From Lepidodermella squamata (Eukaryota; Animalia; Gastrotricha), in the NCBI GenBank assembly GCA_047495785.1, contig JBLDXI010000042.1:2356001-2420000 (forward strand): a stretch of 64,000 nt of DNA. The letters are read 5' to 3'. Shown in pieces: positions 1-13,307 of this stretch. The stretch's first letter is position 1; each line of letters begins with the position of its first letter. The position numbers and the translations under genes are program-made. Under the pieces are notes generated by a model that saw only the letters and a program-made list of their open reading frames with translations, made no database searches and was not told the DNA's origin.

Positions 1-350
1 TTGACTTTTATTTATATTTGCTGGTGGTGGTAAGACTTTTGTCGCCTATGTGTAGTGGAGGAAGATACTTCACGCGACAAATCAATCAGAATAAATTTAT
101 AGGCGACATGCGTCGCGCAGATGGTAAACATTGTTTCGGCTAAACATAATTGACCTTTTTATTGTTTTTATAGGCGCGCGAGAGACAGAATAATTTTTAT
201 CAGCTCAAATGTCTCCCATTGACAAATTTGCCATCGTTAAAAAAATCGTCGATTTTTATTAGATCTATTGCCATGTCGACGGCAGGATGAAGACGGCCGC
301 GTTACTGCGCTGATTTTTCCTGCTGCTACTGCTGTAAAAAAATAACCAAA

Positions 351-3300
351 ATGATGCCGATTTTTCTATTACTGCTCCTGGCAACCGTTTTGCCGCAATC
401 AACGCGGGCCCTCGACTGCACAGCACCAGCTTACAATTTAGCCGACCGAGCTACCTTACGGCGGTTTGTTGAACAAGCTGATTTGGTCGTAGTCGGCACT
501 GTATTAGACCTCAACCGGAAAATGATACCGTTCGAGATGGGCCCGGATGAAATGTCGTCAGGTCGCGAAGGCCGCGTCCTAATTCGTCGCGTTTTCAAGG
601 GCCAACAATTTTTATCGGCTCGTTTCAACGAATTAGCTACAACCGCGCGAATTCAGTCGCGAATTCCTACGATTATTCTAGGCTCAGATGCTGAGGGCAT
701 CTTACAGGTTCGAGGCAGAACAACGTCGCCTGAGGACGATTCCTACGCGATAGACGACGCGACTCCGAGCAGTGATTTAGCCGCGCCGTTTCGGAAGGAA
801 AAGCAAGCCCCGGTCCAAATAAGTAACAACGCGATAGTCGACGAATTTGTCGCGTATCTACGCGAAGGTTTGCTCAACGTCAACGGGTTCCACTCGCCCG
901 GTATTTGCAACTCGGCGGCTGAGCGATTTGATACACGAATTTTGCTGCTGAAATTGCTGCCGGATAAATCAGCGCGGGGTAAGGCGATGAGGACGTCGTT
1001 TCGTTGGCGCCTCGTAGCAGCGCCTGTCCCACTGAATTGGCGAACTATTCAAGCGATTGAAGGCGTTGTTTCTGCAAACCAAGCTCGCCCACCGCCGAGT
1101 GGAAATTTGATATCAGCAACCGCGGCTCCAGTGACTACCCGGAAAATGGCTCCTACTACGCCTAGATGGACCTACGGCAAGTCGTCTACTGTACCAATCA
1201 TTCAATCAGTAAGGCCGACTTGGACTATGACCGCAGCGAAATCGACGACTACGCCAGCCACTCGGCGGCCAGCAGTGACTTGTGCCGAATATCGCTGCAC
1301 GGGGCCGGGCGAGGTTTGCACAATGTTCCAGGGTGTTCCTCGTTGCGAATGTCCCAACAATTGCGCAAGCCCTTCAGTGCCAGACTCATCCGGGGCAGAT
1401 ATCAGCGAAACGCCTACCAGTGTTTGCGGGACAGATGGTCAAACTTATGAGTCGATGTGCCATCTTGCCAAGGTTAAACTTAATTTATCCGATTTTCAAT
1501 TATTTTATTATTATTATCGCTTCACAGGCTCAGTGCGAGACCAAGTCGCGAACTTTACGGTTGAAACACACCGGAAACTGCGATGTGCCTGATCCGTGTT
1601 TGAATATGAATTGCACGTACGGTGCGATTTGCGAGCGTTCGCTAGACGGGCTCACCTCGAGGTGTATCTGCCCGCGCCAATGCCCTACCCCAGGATCCCC
1701 GGGTGCCAATGTCGCACTCTGCGGCAGCGACGGTCGTGATTATACGAGTCTTTGCCATCTTCGCAAATCCGCGTGCGAAGGCATGCGAGATGTCCAACCT
1801 GCTCGGCTTGGGAAGTGCAGTAAGTTTTTTTGAAATTTCAATTAATCCACACGGTCTTTTAGAAGAAATCAAATTTAATTTTCAGGATTATTTTTTTTAA
1901 TTCAAGATTTTTGGAAAAAATTGAAATTTTTGAAAAAAAAGAAAAATATATGAAATTTTTTAAAATAATCTGTAATAATCTGTTTCGAAAATCTTTCATT
2001 GATATAATATTGAAATATTTACTTTTTGCAGATCCATGTGAAGGAGTGAAATGTCCAGTCAAAAACCAACAGTGTATTGTGGAACCTACCTCACATCAAC
2101 CTCGTTGTGTTTGCATCGATAATTGCTCAAAACTGGTACCTATTAATAATATTCGTCCTTAATTTTAATCTAAAAAAAATATTTTTTCACAGCCATATTC
2201 GCCTGTTTGTGCCACGAACGGGAAAACGTATTCAAACGGGTGTTACCTCCAGCTGGAAGCTTGTCGGCTAAACATGACCTTGACGATTTATCAACCAGAT
2301 GTAACGAGTTGCCGCCAGACCAGTATATCCTGCTCGCCGTCTACTTGCTCAGGGCCTGGTGAAGAGTGCGTTGTGATGGGTCGAAACAGCCGACCCATCT
2401 GCACGTGCCCTTTCACCGAGATACAAACCGGGCGAAAACAACGCCGGTATCAACGGTCCTTAATGACAGGGGTCATTGTTGCCCCACCTTCCTTATGTCC
2501 CAATATCGTTGACACGGTTTGCGGCGATGATAATATAACCTATACGAATGACTGTGAACTAAGAAGATCGGCCTGTCTACGCCGCCGTAGGGTGGACATT
2601 CGGTTTTACGGGTCGTGTGACGACAACTCGCTTTGCTCTTCAATCCGGTGCCACCATGGCGCAAAGTGCAGCATTTTTCGGCAGAAAATCGACCGGCAGC
2701 AGATTGACGTCGACATACCGGGCAGCAGTTTGTCCGCAAAACTGCTCAGCGTGTCGCCTGTTGTCACGTGCCGGTGTCCAGAATCGAATTGCCCTTACAA
2801 CTACCAACCAGTTTGCGGATCTGATGGCAAAACTTACATTAACAAGTGCCAGCTGGAGGCGACATCTTGCCGACTTCAGACCTCAATAACCGTTTTCCAT
2901 AAAGGCCAATGCGGTATGGGAATGAACCAAATGTTCGATAAATTTTTTATAAATTGATTTTAAAGGTGGGTGTGAAGATATGATTTGCCCTTTCTACGCT
3001 AACTGCACGATAGACCCGATCGAAGGCCAACCTCAATGCGTTTGCCCGGCTTCTTGTCCAAAGGTGAATATTTTAAAATTCAGTGTAAAATTATTATAAC
3101 AAATATTCGAAATCAGCTGAACTTTTGGGTTGGTTCTGCAGTGACGGAAAAATAATTAATATTTTTTAATTTCAGCGCACATTATTTTTATTTGAATAAT
3201 TGACCTTTAGAAGCACTTAATATGCATGTGGGAATTTTGAAGACAGGTGTTTTATTTTATTTGTATTTTGATAGGCTGATGCTGTAGTATGTGGATCTGA

Positions 3301-6300
3301 CAACCGAACTTACATAAATTATTGCGAACTGACTGTTGCGGCTTGCCGATTAAACATGAATATTTCGGTTGCTTACGAGGGCTACTGCGGTAAGTATTCT
3401 CATTTTTCTGATGATTTTGGGATTTTTTTAAAAAATTAAAAAATTTAAAATTTAAAAATTAAAATATTCTTTAATTTTTTCCCTAATAGATCGATGCAAA
3501 TCTATGACGTGTCCTGTCGGTAAAGTTTGCATTCACGGCCGATGCGTTTGCCCATCCAACTGCGTCGATATAGACGCGCCAGTTTGCGGAAGTGACGGCC
3601 GAACCTACCGAACCGAGTGCCATCTTCTCCTCAATTCGTGTGAAAATGGAATTCAAAACTTGACCGTCGCTTATCGCGGCGCTTGCGCAGCCGCTGTCGC
3701 CCAGATCCGACCCACCCCGACATTTGTCGAGAGCGGCTGTTCGCCATTGACGTGCCGATTCGGCGGCAATTGCGAGCTCGACGTGTCGGATGGTTTTATT
3801 AAATGCCTCTGTTCAAACTTCACTTGCCTCGAAATTCGCGACCCGGTTTGCGCTTCTGACGGCAAATTGTACGGAAATTTGTGCGAGATGCATAAAGTCG
3901 CGTGTCAACTTCAAAAACCTATCACTAAAGTACCTCTCAGCGAGTGTCAAAGTGAGTGAAAAAATGTCCGAAAAATCGCTGTTTTTTTACCCATGCTTTT
4001 GGCTGATTGATATTGCATGCGCTTTTTATTTATTATTTTTACTCAAATTTTCCTGTCAATTTTTCCCAATTTATATGTAAAGATCTTGAACCGTTGCCTT
4101 GCAATGGCCGCCATGCTCCGCTGACCGATCCTTTCGGCGTTGAGTATGACTGCCTTGATTCTGCTTCGTCGTCATCGCCGTCGACTTGCCCAGCTAAATC
4201 TTTCTGCCATCGCGGACCTACTTTCGCTGTTTGTTGTCCCGAAGGTATGTGATGCTTTCAAATTAAAAATTCAGGGTGATTCAAAATTTTTGTCTGAATT
4301 AAACAGAAAAAGGTTTTTAGCTATACAACCTTTAAATACCCGCTTATAATTGTAGCCCTAAAATAATTAAATTATATATCCACCTTAAATATTTTCAGTT
4401 TTGCTTATTTGAATTTTACCTTATATAACCGGCTAACAGAATCTATGCGGGAAATATTGTCACTATCGACCAGTAGAGTGTCGATGTCAACGCGGCGCCC
4501 GGCTTCACCGACGCCCACGCCCCGTGACCTTCTCATGATAATGAATATCGTTTCCGAACCACCGGTAACGCCGGTTGCGCGCCGTAGTAGCAGGCCGTTC
4601 ACAACGAGCCTGTTAGACGGCCCACCGGTTCGAAGCATTAAAACACGCCAGCGCAAACACGTTCACTCCCGGCGCCATCAAGGTTTTTTCGGCTAAAAAC
4701 AAAACTTCTATTATTTCGTAGCGGAATGAGAACGAATTACCTCCTGTAGAGATGTTATCATTTTTTTGGTGTCCGAGTCGAATTTCGCCTTTAGAGAGCT
4801 CGCGCGGTGAAGGAATGGGGCCGCTCCTGTTTTATTTTCATTTGTTGATATAAATCCGAGTTTAACTCAAAGCCGATTCATTTGGTTTTATATTATAGCA
4901 TGTCTCGGGCTCCAGAAATATTTATTTTCGCATGAGTTTTGAGGACAAATCTTTTTAATGGTGCACTTTCGGAATAATTAACTGTATATTTCTATCTTTT
5001 TTCGCACACATTTGTCTGCTGTTTTGTCTCCTTATCATTTTCCGGAAAATTCTAATAATTCTTTTCTTTGCTATAAAATTTCCCTCCATCGTTATTTCAA
5101 GTTATTTTTACTTAATTTTCTTATTTTTTTGTACAGGTGCTACTTCAGTGAAAACGCTCTGTGAATCGACTGATTATGGATGTTGCAGAGATGGTGCCAG
5201 TGTAGCCCATGGACCTCAAGGCGAAGGCTGCCCAGGTAATTTGAATACCAAACTTGATTTTTATGGATTTTTACAATTTTGATTGATATTCGGAATTTTC
5301 TAGAATGGTGTCGATGCGACCCGATCGGCAGCTTCGGATCGCTGTGCAGCTTGCCTAGTGGGCAGTGTATGTGCCGGCCTGGCGTGGCCGGGCTCAAGTG
5401 TGACCAGTGCATGCCCGGCTTCCACTCGCTCAGTCCAAACAATCACCCACGCGGTTGCATTGGTAAGTTGTTTTAAACACCTTCACCCTCAAATCGCGGT
5501 GACCTAATGTTTACCAATCATTTATTCTCAAGCATAATATTTACCACTCCACCTATAGACCAGCAATAGCTTGTTATTTTGGCCGGGGTTGATCTATTAT
5601 TCATACAGATTGAGGGGAGTTATTACACCTAATTTGTTCTCAATTTAGCGTCTTCGAGATCTGAATCTTTAAAACTATTTAGTGGGCTCGTAATTTTTGT
5701 TAGAAATCCCTCGCAAATATGGGCCAAAAATGGGCTGATTAATAGGCGAAAACAAGGCTTGATGTAGCTGGAAAAAAGAATAATTTGGGAAATTTTGAGC
5801 TGAAGCCTGAATTGCGGTGGTGGAATATTAACGGTTAAAGGTCAACCAAAGGTTCAATTAAAGGTGTGCATTTGGCGCACCCATAATTGATTTGTCAATT
5901 TATTTGAATTTCATTGATGTGAAATTTGGGTCGCGTCCTCGGCCCTACCGCAATGGGCCCAAATTTTGGACACCTTAAATTGGGACGCTTTGAGCTTTGG
6001 CTCTGAATATCAATTTGTGCATAACTGATAAAAATTGAAAAATTGCACTGGAAAATATCTCACCTCTTGGGCTTTCCAGCGGTACCAAATTTGCCCATAA
6101 TTTCATATCCTATCGATTCTCAGAAGGTGTAAATTTGAGGGAAGCCCATTTTATTCTTTTTGTCTCATTTTGGCAGCTTGCGACTGCGATGCTAGAGGTA
6201 CCGTCGCCAACGCAACTTCAGACTGCCACCCTCAGACCGGGCAATGCCTCTGCCGGCCTAACGCCATCGGCCGTCGCTGCAACAGATGCGCCGCCCCGAA

Positions 6301-9300
6301 CCAGGTGCTGGCCGATGATGGTCGTTGCATAGTTCCATCAGCCGTAGCCCCGGCAACAGGTGTTGACGACGAAACCCCACCCGAGCAGTACTGCAACGGC
6401 GTCATCTGCCAGTTCGGCGCCGTTTGCGCCCGGTCACCGTCAACTGGCGCCGAAACTTGCTCATGCGAGGCGCTGCAATGTTCAAACCAGCTTCGCCCGG
6501 TCTGCGCCTCAGACCGGCGGTCCTATGCTAATAAATGCCACATGCGCTTGTCCGGGTGCCGAAGCGGGCGCAGGTTACATGCAATAACGTTCGGTTATTG
6601 CCGCGACTCGGACCAGAAAGCTAACTTCGCCGAGAATCCGAGCAACGACGAGGGCGATGATGGCCTGCTTTTGCCACTTGGTGTCACTGTCCAACCCCCT
6701 GGCGCATCGGGCCCGTTGAGCCCATGTGACCAGCGGTTGAATTTTCGATGCCTCCACGGCGGAACTTGCTACATCGACGACAGCAATTACGCAAGGTGTC
6801 TATGCCCGATCGGCCGCTCGGGCACTTACTGCGAGTTGGGTATGTTTACCACCTGAAAATCATGACTATAGCTGCTTTTTCTATATCTCACCTTACCCGC
6901 ATGCTGTTGCTATAATTGTGATTAATTGCATGTCTGTGAAAACTTTCAGAAGATCCTAATACTACTACTTCATCGTCCGAAACTCCTTTGTCTGACGCTT
7001 CTTCTTTCCGAGCCTCCCCAACGCTGATTTCCGAGCCTCAGGCATCAGCTTCTTTCCAAGCTGGTAAGGTTCTAGGTCAAATTAAAGCTAGATTAACCTC
7101 GAAATTTTGAAATTTTAAAGACTCTAGATATTTCGTCCCGTCTTTTGGGCCGAAATCCTATGTGAAGTTAAAACGGCCCCGCGATGTTTCGACCAACTTG
7201 ACAATCGAAGTTGAAGTCAGAGCTGTTAAGCCTTCTGGAACCATTTTATACGTCGGTCAAATGGAACCTTCGAAACAGCAAGGCCAGCAGCGTGGGTCTA
7301 CCCAGCAGCAGACCGACTACGTCGCCCTCGTGCTTCGCGACGGCTTTGTCGAGTTCAGATTTGACGTAGGTGGGGGTATGATGACGATTCGAAGTACGAA
7401 ATCAGTAACATTACGCCAATTTCACGTCGTCACGGCTCATTGGTCCGTTATCGAGGGCAGTGCCTATCTTCAACTTGATGACAACAAATGGCAAATGGCG
7501 ACCCCTGCCAACCCAATGAAGGGCTACTATATCGAATCGAGGCAAAATCACACGTTGGAATTGTCTTTACCAGTCGTCCTTGGCTATATTAAGGGTTCAG
7601 ACCAACGCAGTGAGGCTTTGAATGACAGGTTCGGCGGGCTTCGAAACGGATTTGTTGGGTGCATTCAATCACTTCGAATCGCGAATTCGGCGGGGCATAC
7701 AAAAATGTACAGCCTTCTCAGCTCGTCAAAAGATGTCCTTTTCGGTCGTGATATTGGTACGTTTTTATACCTAATTAAAATTTGATTTTTATTTGGTGTA
7801 ATTTAGATGAATGTGGCCGGACTGGGCCTTGCGTTGACTCGCCTTGTCTAAATCGAGGAACTTGCGTTTCAACCAACAACAAAACATCGGTGGCTGGTTA
7901 TTTCTGCGCCTGTGCACCCGGCTATTCGGGTCCTCGCTGCGAGATTACCGCGAAATGCGACGCGCATCGATGCAAAAACGGCGGAACTTGCCAACTCGTC
8001 ACCGGGTCGTACCCGGTTTGCGCCTGTCCCAACTTCTGGACCGGTTCGCATTGCCAAATCGAGAAAGGAAATGGAACCTTCATACCAATGTTGACCGGGC
8101 GAGCTTTTATCGAACGGCCTCCGATCGGAGACTTGGCTATTCAATTCAGAATCGAGATTTGGTTCCTAGCTACTCAGCCTAATGGTGTGTTGCTACTGGC
8201 TGCTTCACAAAGATATGGCCGAGGTGATTTCATCACAATAAATCTGGCTGATGGTTTCGTTCAAGGTCATGTTCGACATGCTAATTGGGCGCAGCAAATC
8301 TCGTAATAAAAACTCCACCTTAATATTTGCGATTTATAGTTTTTCTTGCGTTTCAGATCTGACGAACGAATACCTTTGAACGTGTGGACGAAGCTTGTAA
8401 TTTTGCGGCAGAAGCGTGACGAGTTGATTCTGTCGATTAATGGCCGCCGATCTCGAACGCAACTCGGGCGATTTATAGCCGGAAATGGCCGGAATAACGA
8501 AGAAAACAATGTTGCAATTAGCATGAAAAGTAAACAGGCGCTGCTGTTAAGAACTCGAACACGTGGCCTTGTTACTGCGTCATCGGCTGACCAATCACTG
8601 CCTTCTTCTCCACTGCAATTACCCCTTCCGTTTTTCATCGGCGGTTTCCGCCACTTCTACGACGTCCCAGCTGAATCGAATGTTTTGCACCACTTCGAAG
8701 GCTCAATTCAAAAAGTCACGATTGATGACGTTGAAATTACGGACATTCTAGCCGGATCGCTAGCGATTGGCGGTGATATCCGCCCGTTTGCTGGGCCGCC
8801 TTGTACAGGTAACCCGTGCCTAAATGGTGGTCACTGCCAGCCGCAACTCGCCGACTTCCGCTGCGCATGCCCAGCTTCGAAGGTTGGCGATTTGTGCGAA
8901 TTCGATCGTCGGGAATTGGCCTCGCTACAACAAAGCAGTGGCCCTGATTCACTGGCGATACGCTTCAATGGCTCGACTATTCTACGGTTCTACAATGCTA
9001 TTAAACGGCGCGAGAGGCAGCAGGAGACTAATAAGCTGAAGCTAAGGGTTCGATCTCTTGCGAGAGATGGAACCCTGGCGCTGATACGAAAGTCGACAAC
9101 TGCCTCTGCTGATTTTTTGATAGTGGCGCTTCGAGATGGCTATGTTGAAGTTGCGCTAAATCTCGGAAGCGGCCAGCCAACTGCGCTTCGAAGTAACAGG
9201 CGAATTAACGATGGATTCTGGCATACGGTATAAATTTCAGCATTCAGCTTTCAGATTTATCGCATTTTTTGTCATTGATATAGATTATGATGAATCGGCA

Positions 9301-9592
9301 ACGCCGCTCGGTGACTCTGCTTGTCGATTCTGAGCCGGAGATAACGGTATTCGCGCCGGATGGCACTTCGCAGCTGAACAGCAACGGCTATCTGGTAGTA
9401 GGCGGCATGGACTCGCGCATCAAGGGCCTGCCCGCAGCGTATGCGGCGCCGTTCGTCGGCTGCATGACCGCGCTTGAGGTCGACGGCGCCGACCTTGAGC
9501 TGCATTCGGGCCGCCGCGGCTCGGCCCGGCACCCGCTTTCATTGTGCTCGGCCACCGACGACCAGCTGCAGTTCAAAAATTCCAACAGCTGA
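351..9592 (+). CDS. AGRN: Agrin (secreted NtA form). Multi-exon: signal peptide, NtA, 8 follistatin/Kazal repeats, lustrin/WR1-like Cys module, 2 laminin-EGF, 9th Kazal, EGFs and 3 laminin-G
   Basis: Exons by GT-AG and phase: 351-1472, 1528-1819, 2032-2135, 2193-2913, 2966-3063, 3275-3389, 3490-3951, 4083-4244, 5137-5236, 5304-5462, 6177-6839, 6950-7063, 7121-7756, 7807-8302, 8357-9227, 9284-9592. Motifs: repeated VCG(S/T)DGxTY Kazal cores, [20 protein letters not shown], laminin-EGF [15 protein letters not shown], LamG (GFVGCI, DGFWHTV). Domain order is diagnostic of agrin. Confidence 0.93.
4440..4696 (+). CDS. Candidate alternative terminal exon of agrin (Ser/Thr/Pro-rich, basic tail)
   Basis: Acceptor ctaacAG at 4438-4439 is phase-1 compatible with the donor at 4244/4245. 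Reads [12 protein letters not shown]...HQGFFG*. GC-rich open frame inside an otherwise AT-rich intron. Confidence 0.45.
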
Positions 9593-10111
9593 AGAAGAGC
9601 AGCGGCGAAAAAATGTGTTCATTCTATAGCGAATAATTTGCAATTGTAAATTGTTATTTATATACAGATAAAATTCCTATCTATTGTTATGTTTTTACGA
9701 ATCATTTTTCTTCTCTATCTCTCAAAAATTCTCTCTTTTAAAACGATGAATTTCATTTCTTATACATGGCAAATGCTGCGCCAAGAAAATTTAAAACAAA
9801 TAAAATGAAAACTGCCTCGAAGCTCGAGTTTTATGTTGGTTTTCCCCGTCGAGACGTCAGAGATTTAACAAAATGGTAAACAAAAACGCGAGAGCGGGAC
9901 GCACATTGTAACTGCAAGGTATTTCAAGTCCAGTTGCTGTTGTCACTGTTTACAGCGAGCTTTGCGTACCTCGCTATTAGCCATTTTCGCCATTGTTCTT
10001 GGAACATTTTTGTTTCCTTAAATTAAATAAACCCGTTTTAGTAACGTGCAGCAGCCACAGCAGCTTAATTCTCGCGTAAATAACACTTCAATTTAACAGA
10101 TCATCCGCGCG

Positions 10112-10340
10112 ATGGCCAATTCAGGTGTTTCGAGCAACACGATCGTAAGATTTCATCAAAATCTCGGGATAGCAATCTAATCAAAAATTTTCGTAGACGA
10201 TCGCCGTTATTTTTTGTGTATTCGGCGGAATGATGGCAGTTGGTAATTAGGTGAAAAAAGCCACCTTAATATTTCTGATTTTTTTTATTTCAGTTATAAT
10301 TTTGTCAACCCTTCGAATCATTCCTTTCTGGGGTCAATAA
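10112..10340 (+). CDS. Single-pass membrane microprotein, paralog 1 (41 aa: MANSGVSSNTITIAVIFCVFGGMMAVVIILSTLRIIPFWGQ)
   Basis: Exons 10112-10144, 10197-10242 (46 nt), 10294-10340; GT-AG introns of 52 and 51 nt, phases 0 and 1; same structure as three neighbours. Confidence 0.8.
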
Positions 10341-11174
10341 ACAATTCTACCGATATACCGTCAGTCGAGACTCGAATTTGCTCAATCAATCGTTTGATGC
10401 CACTCTATAATTATTCGCTTTCACTTCTTGGTTTGGAAAAAATGAACTGGAAATACAAGCAGCAAGTGAATAATTTTATGTAAATAGAACAGATCATTTA
10501 ATAAACAAGACGATTTGGGAAATTTGCTTCTTTTACATCATCAAGGTAACAGAACCATAATATACTCCCACTCGACACGCGAAATCACTGCCGTGTGAGA
10601 AAAAAGCCCGTCGTTTTCGGTCATTGAGAGAAACTCTTATTCATGCGCGAAAAAGGAAATGTTCAGCAGTTCACGAGTCCGTGTGGGTGAGCGCAGAGTG
10701 TGTAAAAACCCAGTGCCAATATTAAGTGAAACATTTTATACGACACTATATGAATCGCAAATAATGTAACCCTCTTTCAAAGAATTCGAGGCGATGTTTT
10801 CATAAAAATAATAATGAGTGTGGCAGCGAATAAAACAATAATTAACAGCGACCCCTGCTTTTTTTTCGTCAACCGCGTGAGAAACGTTGTAGTGACTACG
10901 CGTGCGCGCTCGCTCTTTTGTCGCTACGTTACAACACTCGCTTGTATTATTTTTTCTCTTTCCCGCCATGCCTAAATGCCGCTCGCGCTTATAATATACG
11001 GCTATACATATAACAGTCATTACCTTGCGATTAAAGTGACATGACTCGCCAACTTTTAGCATACAAATCTAGTTTGATCAATTTTATCCATCTCTCTTAA
11101 TTTCAATGATGATGCTATCAATTTTTAATTGAACTTTATAGGCGAATCTTTACTCCAAGCAAAATTCAAGTAAA

Positions 11175-11407
11175 ATGAGTCAGGAAAGGTGCGACGCTTC
11201 GCAATCTACCATCGTAAGTGATCTTGACCTTGATAAAAATATACCTAAAAAACGTCATATATCTTCCAGACTGGAGCTGTGCTGACCGTCTGTCTTGGAG
11301 GAATGGTTATCATCTGTAAGCTACATTTGCCTCGGTTGAGCCATATAATTTTTATTCGAAATTTAGTGTTTTTGCTGTCCTCAACTGGGTTAATCAAATG
11401 GTTTTAA
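11175..11407 (+). CDS. Single-pass membrane microprotein, paralog 2 (41 aa: MSQERCDASQSTITGAVLTVCLGGMVIILFLLSSTGLIKWF)
   Basis: Exons 11175-11213, 11270-11315 (46 nt), 11367-11407; gtaag donors, cag/tag acceptors, phases 0 and 1. Confidence 0.8.
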
Positions 11408-11667
11408 CGATCTTCTGCCCTTTGGCGATCTGCCTATCAATCGAATTTATCCGCTCATTCGAACCTTCAAATAACCTTGCTCAAAGCAACTTATAGAGAA
11501 TCTTTCTACTGCCTGAATATGTTTAAGCTCATTGGAAGCCTCAAAGATGTAATCATAAGTGTTATTCACTGATATGCTCACAAGTTTTAAAATCGCTACT
11601 CATCCTCTCAGAAGATATGATAACAATCAATTTGTTATTTCAATTTTTAGGATTTTAATTCAATTGA

Positions 11668-11896
11668 ATGGCTGGTGGCCAATATGACATCACTGCGGTA
11701 AGATATCCAAACAAAAAAATTAGCCGAATTTAATTTCTAAATTTCAGCTGGTAGCGACTGTGATATCTATATGCGGAGGAGTACTCGTTATCAGTGAGTT
11801 GACCTTTGGTCATTCAATTTGTCATTTTTTTTAATTATCTATATTTCAGTCGTGTTACTTATAACGAACGGCATTATTCCATCGTCACCATCCTGA
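11668..11896 (+). CDS. Single-pass membrane microprotein, paralog 3 (40 aa: MAGGQYDITALVATVISICGGVLVIIVLLITNGIIPSSPS)
   Basis: Exons 11668-11697, 11748-11793 (46 nt), 11850-11896; gtaag/gtgag donors, tttcag acceptors, phases 0 and 1. Confidence 0.8.
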
Positions 11897-13045
11897 ACTA
11901 GCCGATGCTCGCCGCTGTTCTCTAGCTTTATATCTCACTTTTGTTGTCGTGTTGTGATCCTCTGGCAATTTTTACACGTTCGAATTCAGCATTGGATGAC
12001 TTACCCTGTCAACATCCCCGATTTTTCTCCCGTGTGCTTGTCCCTGAACAAATTATTTTGCTAAATATTGGAGAAAACAGAAATGTCAGGAAATAAAATC
12101 GAAACGACTACAAATTGTTTGTTTCCCGCTATAACAAGACATTTCGCGATATAATTTCTATCGCTGCTTTGGTGGCGTCGCTCAAATTTACAGAGGTGTC
12201 ATCAACATTTCTTACTACAATTTTCTGGCAACAGAAGCATTCGCTTGTCTATAGTTTTTCCGAGTCATTTATTTGTGCGAGAGACAGCCTTATATATTGC
12301 AAAAAGGAGTGAACCGGAAAATTGTTTTTGAAACGAGACGCTACTACATATATGCGATTGAGACGACATCGCTTTATTACAACCGCGATCCAATCGCGTA
12401 GATTCTTGGTTGGCCACTCTCTGTATAGATACGAGTCCCACTGCGAACGGTCCGTAAAATATATAGAAGACAACAATAAATCGAAAATGGCAGATAGAAA
12501 ATATCAATAATATCTGAATCGCAAACAATTCTTATAACATTATATTTGCAAAATAGTATGGCTAGTCTCAGCAGCTATAATCGAGAAAGCTCATAGCTCA
12601 TCATGAAAAATCCGCCAGAAGCAATCATTTTTTCACTCTAAAATCACATTGAGTAATAATGCTATCGGAAATCATCTTACTTGAATGTTGTAAAACACAT
12701 GCCGATATTTATCCTCATTATTCAGACACATTTTTTCCACCATTTTTAGTCGTTATAATCGAGAATTTAATGAATGAGTGCCGGGCAGTTTGACACATCA
12801 ACGGTAATTTTTTTCTTGCTTTTATTTATACCTAGCCTCTAATTACATTATCACTAAATGTTCATCCTCTCGCTGGTCTCAACCCTGTTTCAGGTTCAGG
12901 TTCACAGAAAATCTTTTTGAAATGGGAAGCGGTGCAAAATATCAATAAAATAAGTCGAAGAATTTTTGGCAATCCTTAGGAAATTACGTTTGACCCAGAT
13001 TTCTCACGGCGATTTTTTGTGTCATCACTAGCTGATTGCTGAATA

Positions 13046-13307
13046 ATGGCTGAGGTTATACTTAGCGGAAATAACGCTCAAGTAAGATCTCACATATGAA
13101 CATGAGGACCATAGAGATCTGCCAATTTACTCTTCGATTTCTTGTTTTTGATTCAATGTATAGTTGTTGGCGATGGTTATCACGATTGCGGCCGTTCTTC
13201 TGGTAATAAGTGAGTTTTAACCATTCCAATTTTGAAGTACTTATGCCAATTTTTATGTTTCAGTCGTCATTTTGGTTGCTAATGGCGCTTTCGAAATGGA
13301 GCAATGA
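13046..13307 (+). CDS. Single-pass membrane microprotein, paralog 4 (41 aa: MAEVILSGNNAQLLAMVITIAAVLLVIIVILVANGAFEMEQ)
   Basis: Exons 13046-13081, 13164-13209 (46 nt), 13264-13307; gtaag/gtgag donors, phases 0 and 1. Confidence 0.8.

Noticed and set aside
5625-6129. MITE in the agrin intron
   Set aside because: Only a 5-bp terminal match (TA-CACCT/AGGTG-TA); too weak without other genomic copies.
10736-12528. ORF-track entries in the microprotein region
   Set aside because: No protein-like composition or splice support; the credible coding signal is the set of spliced micro-exons.
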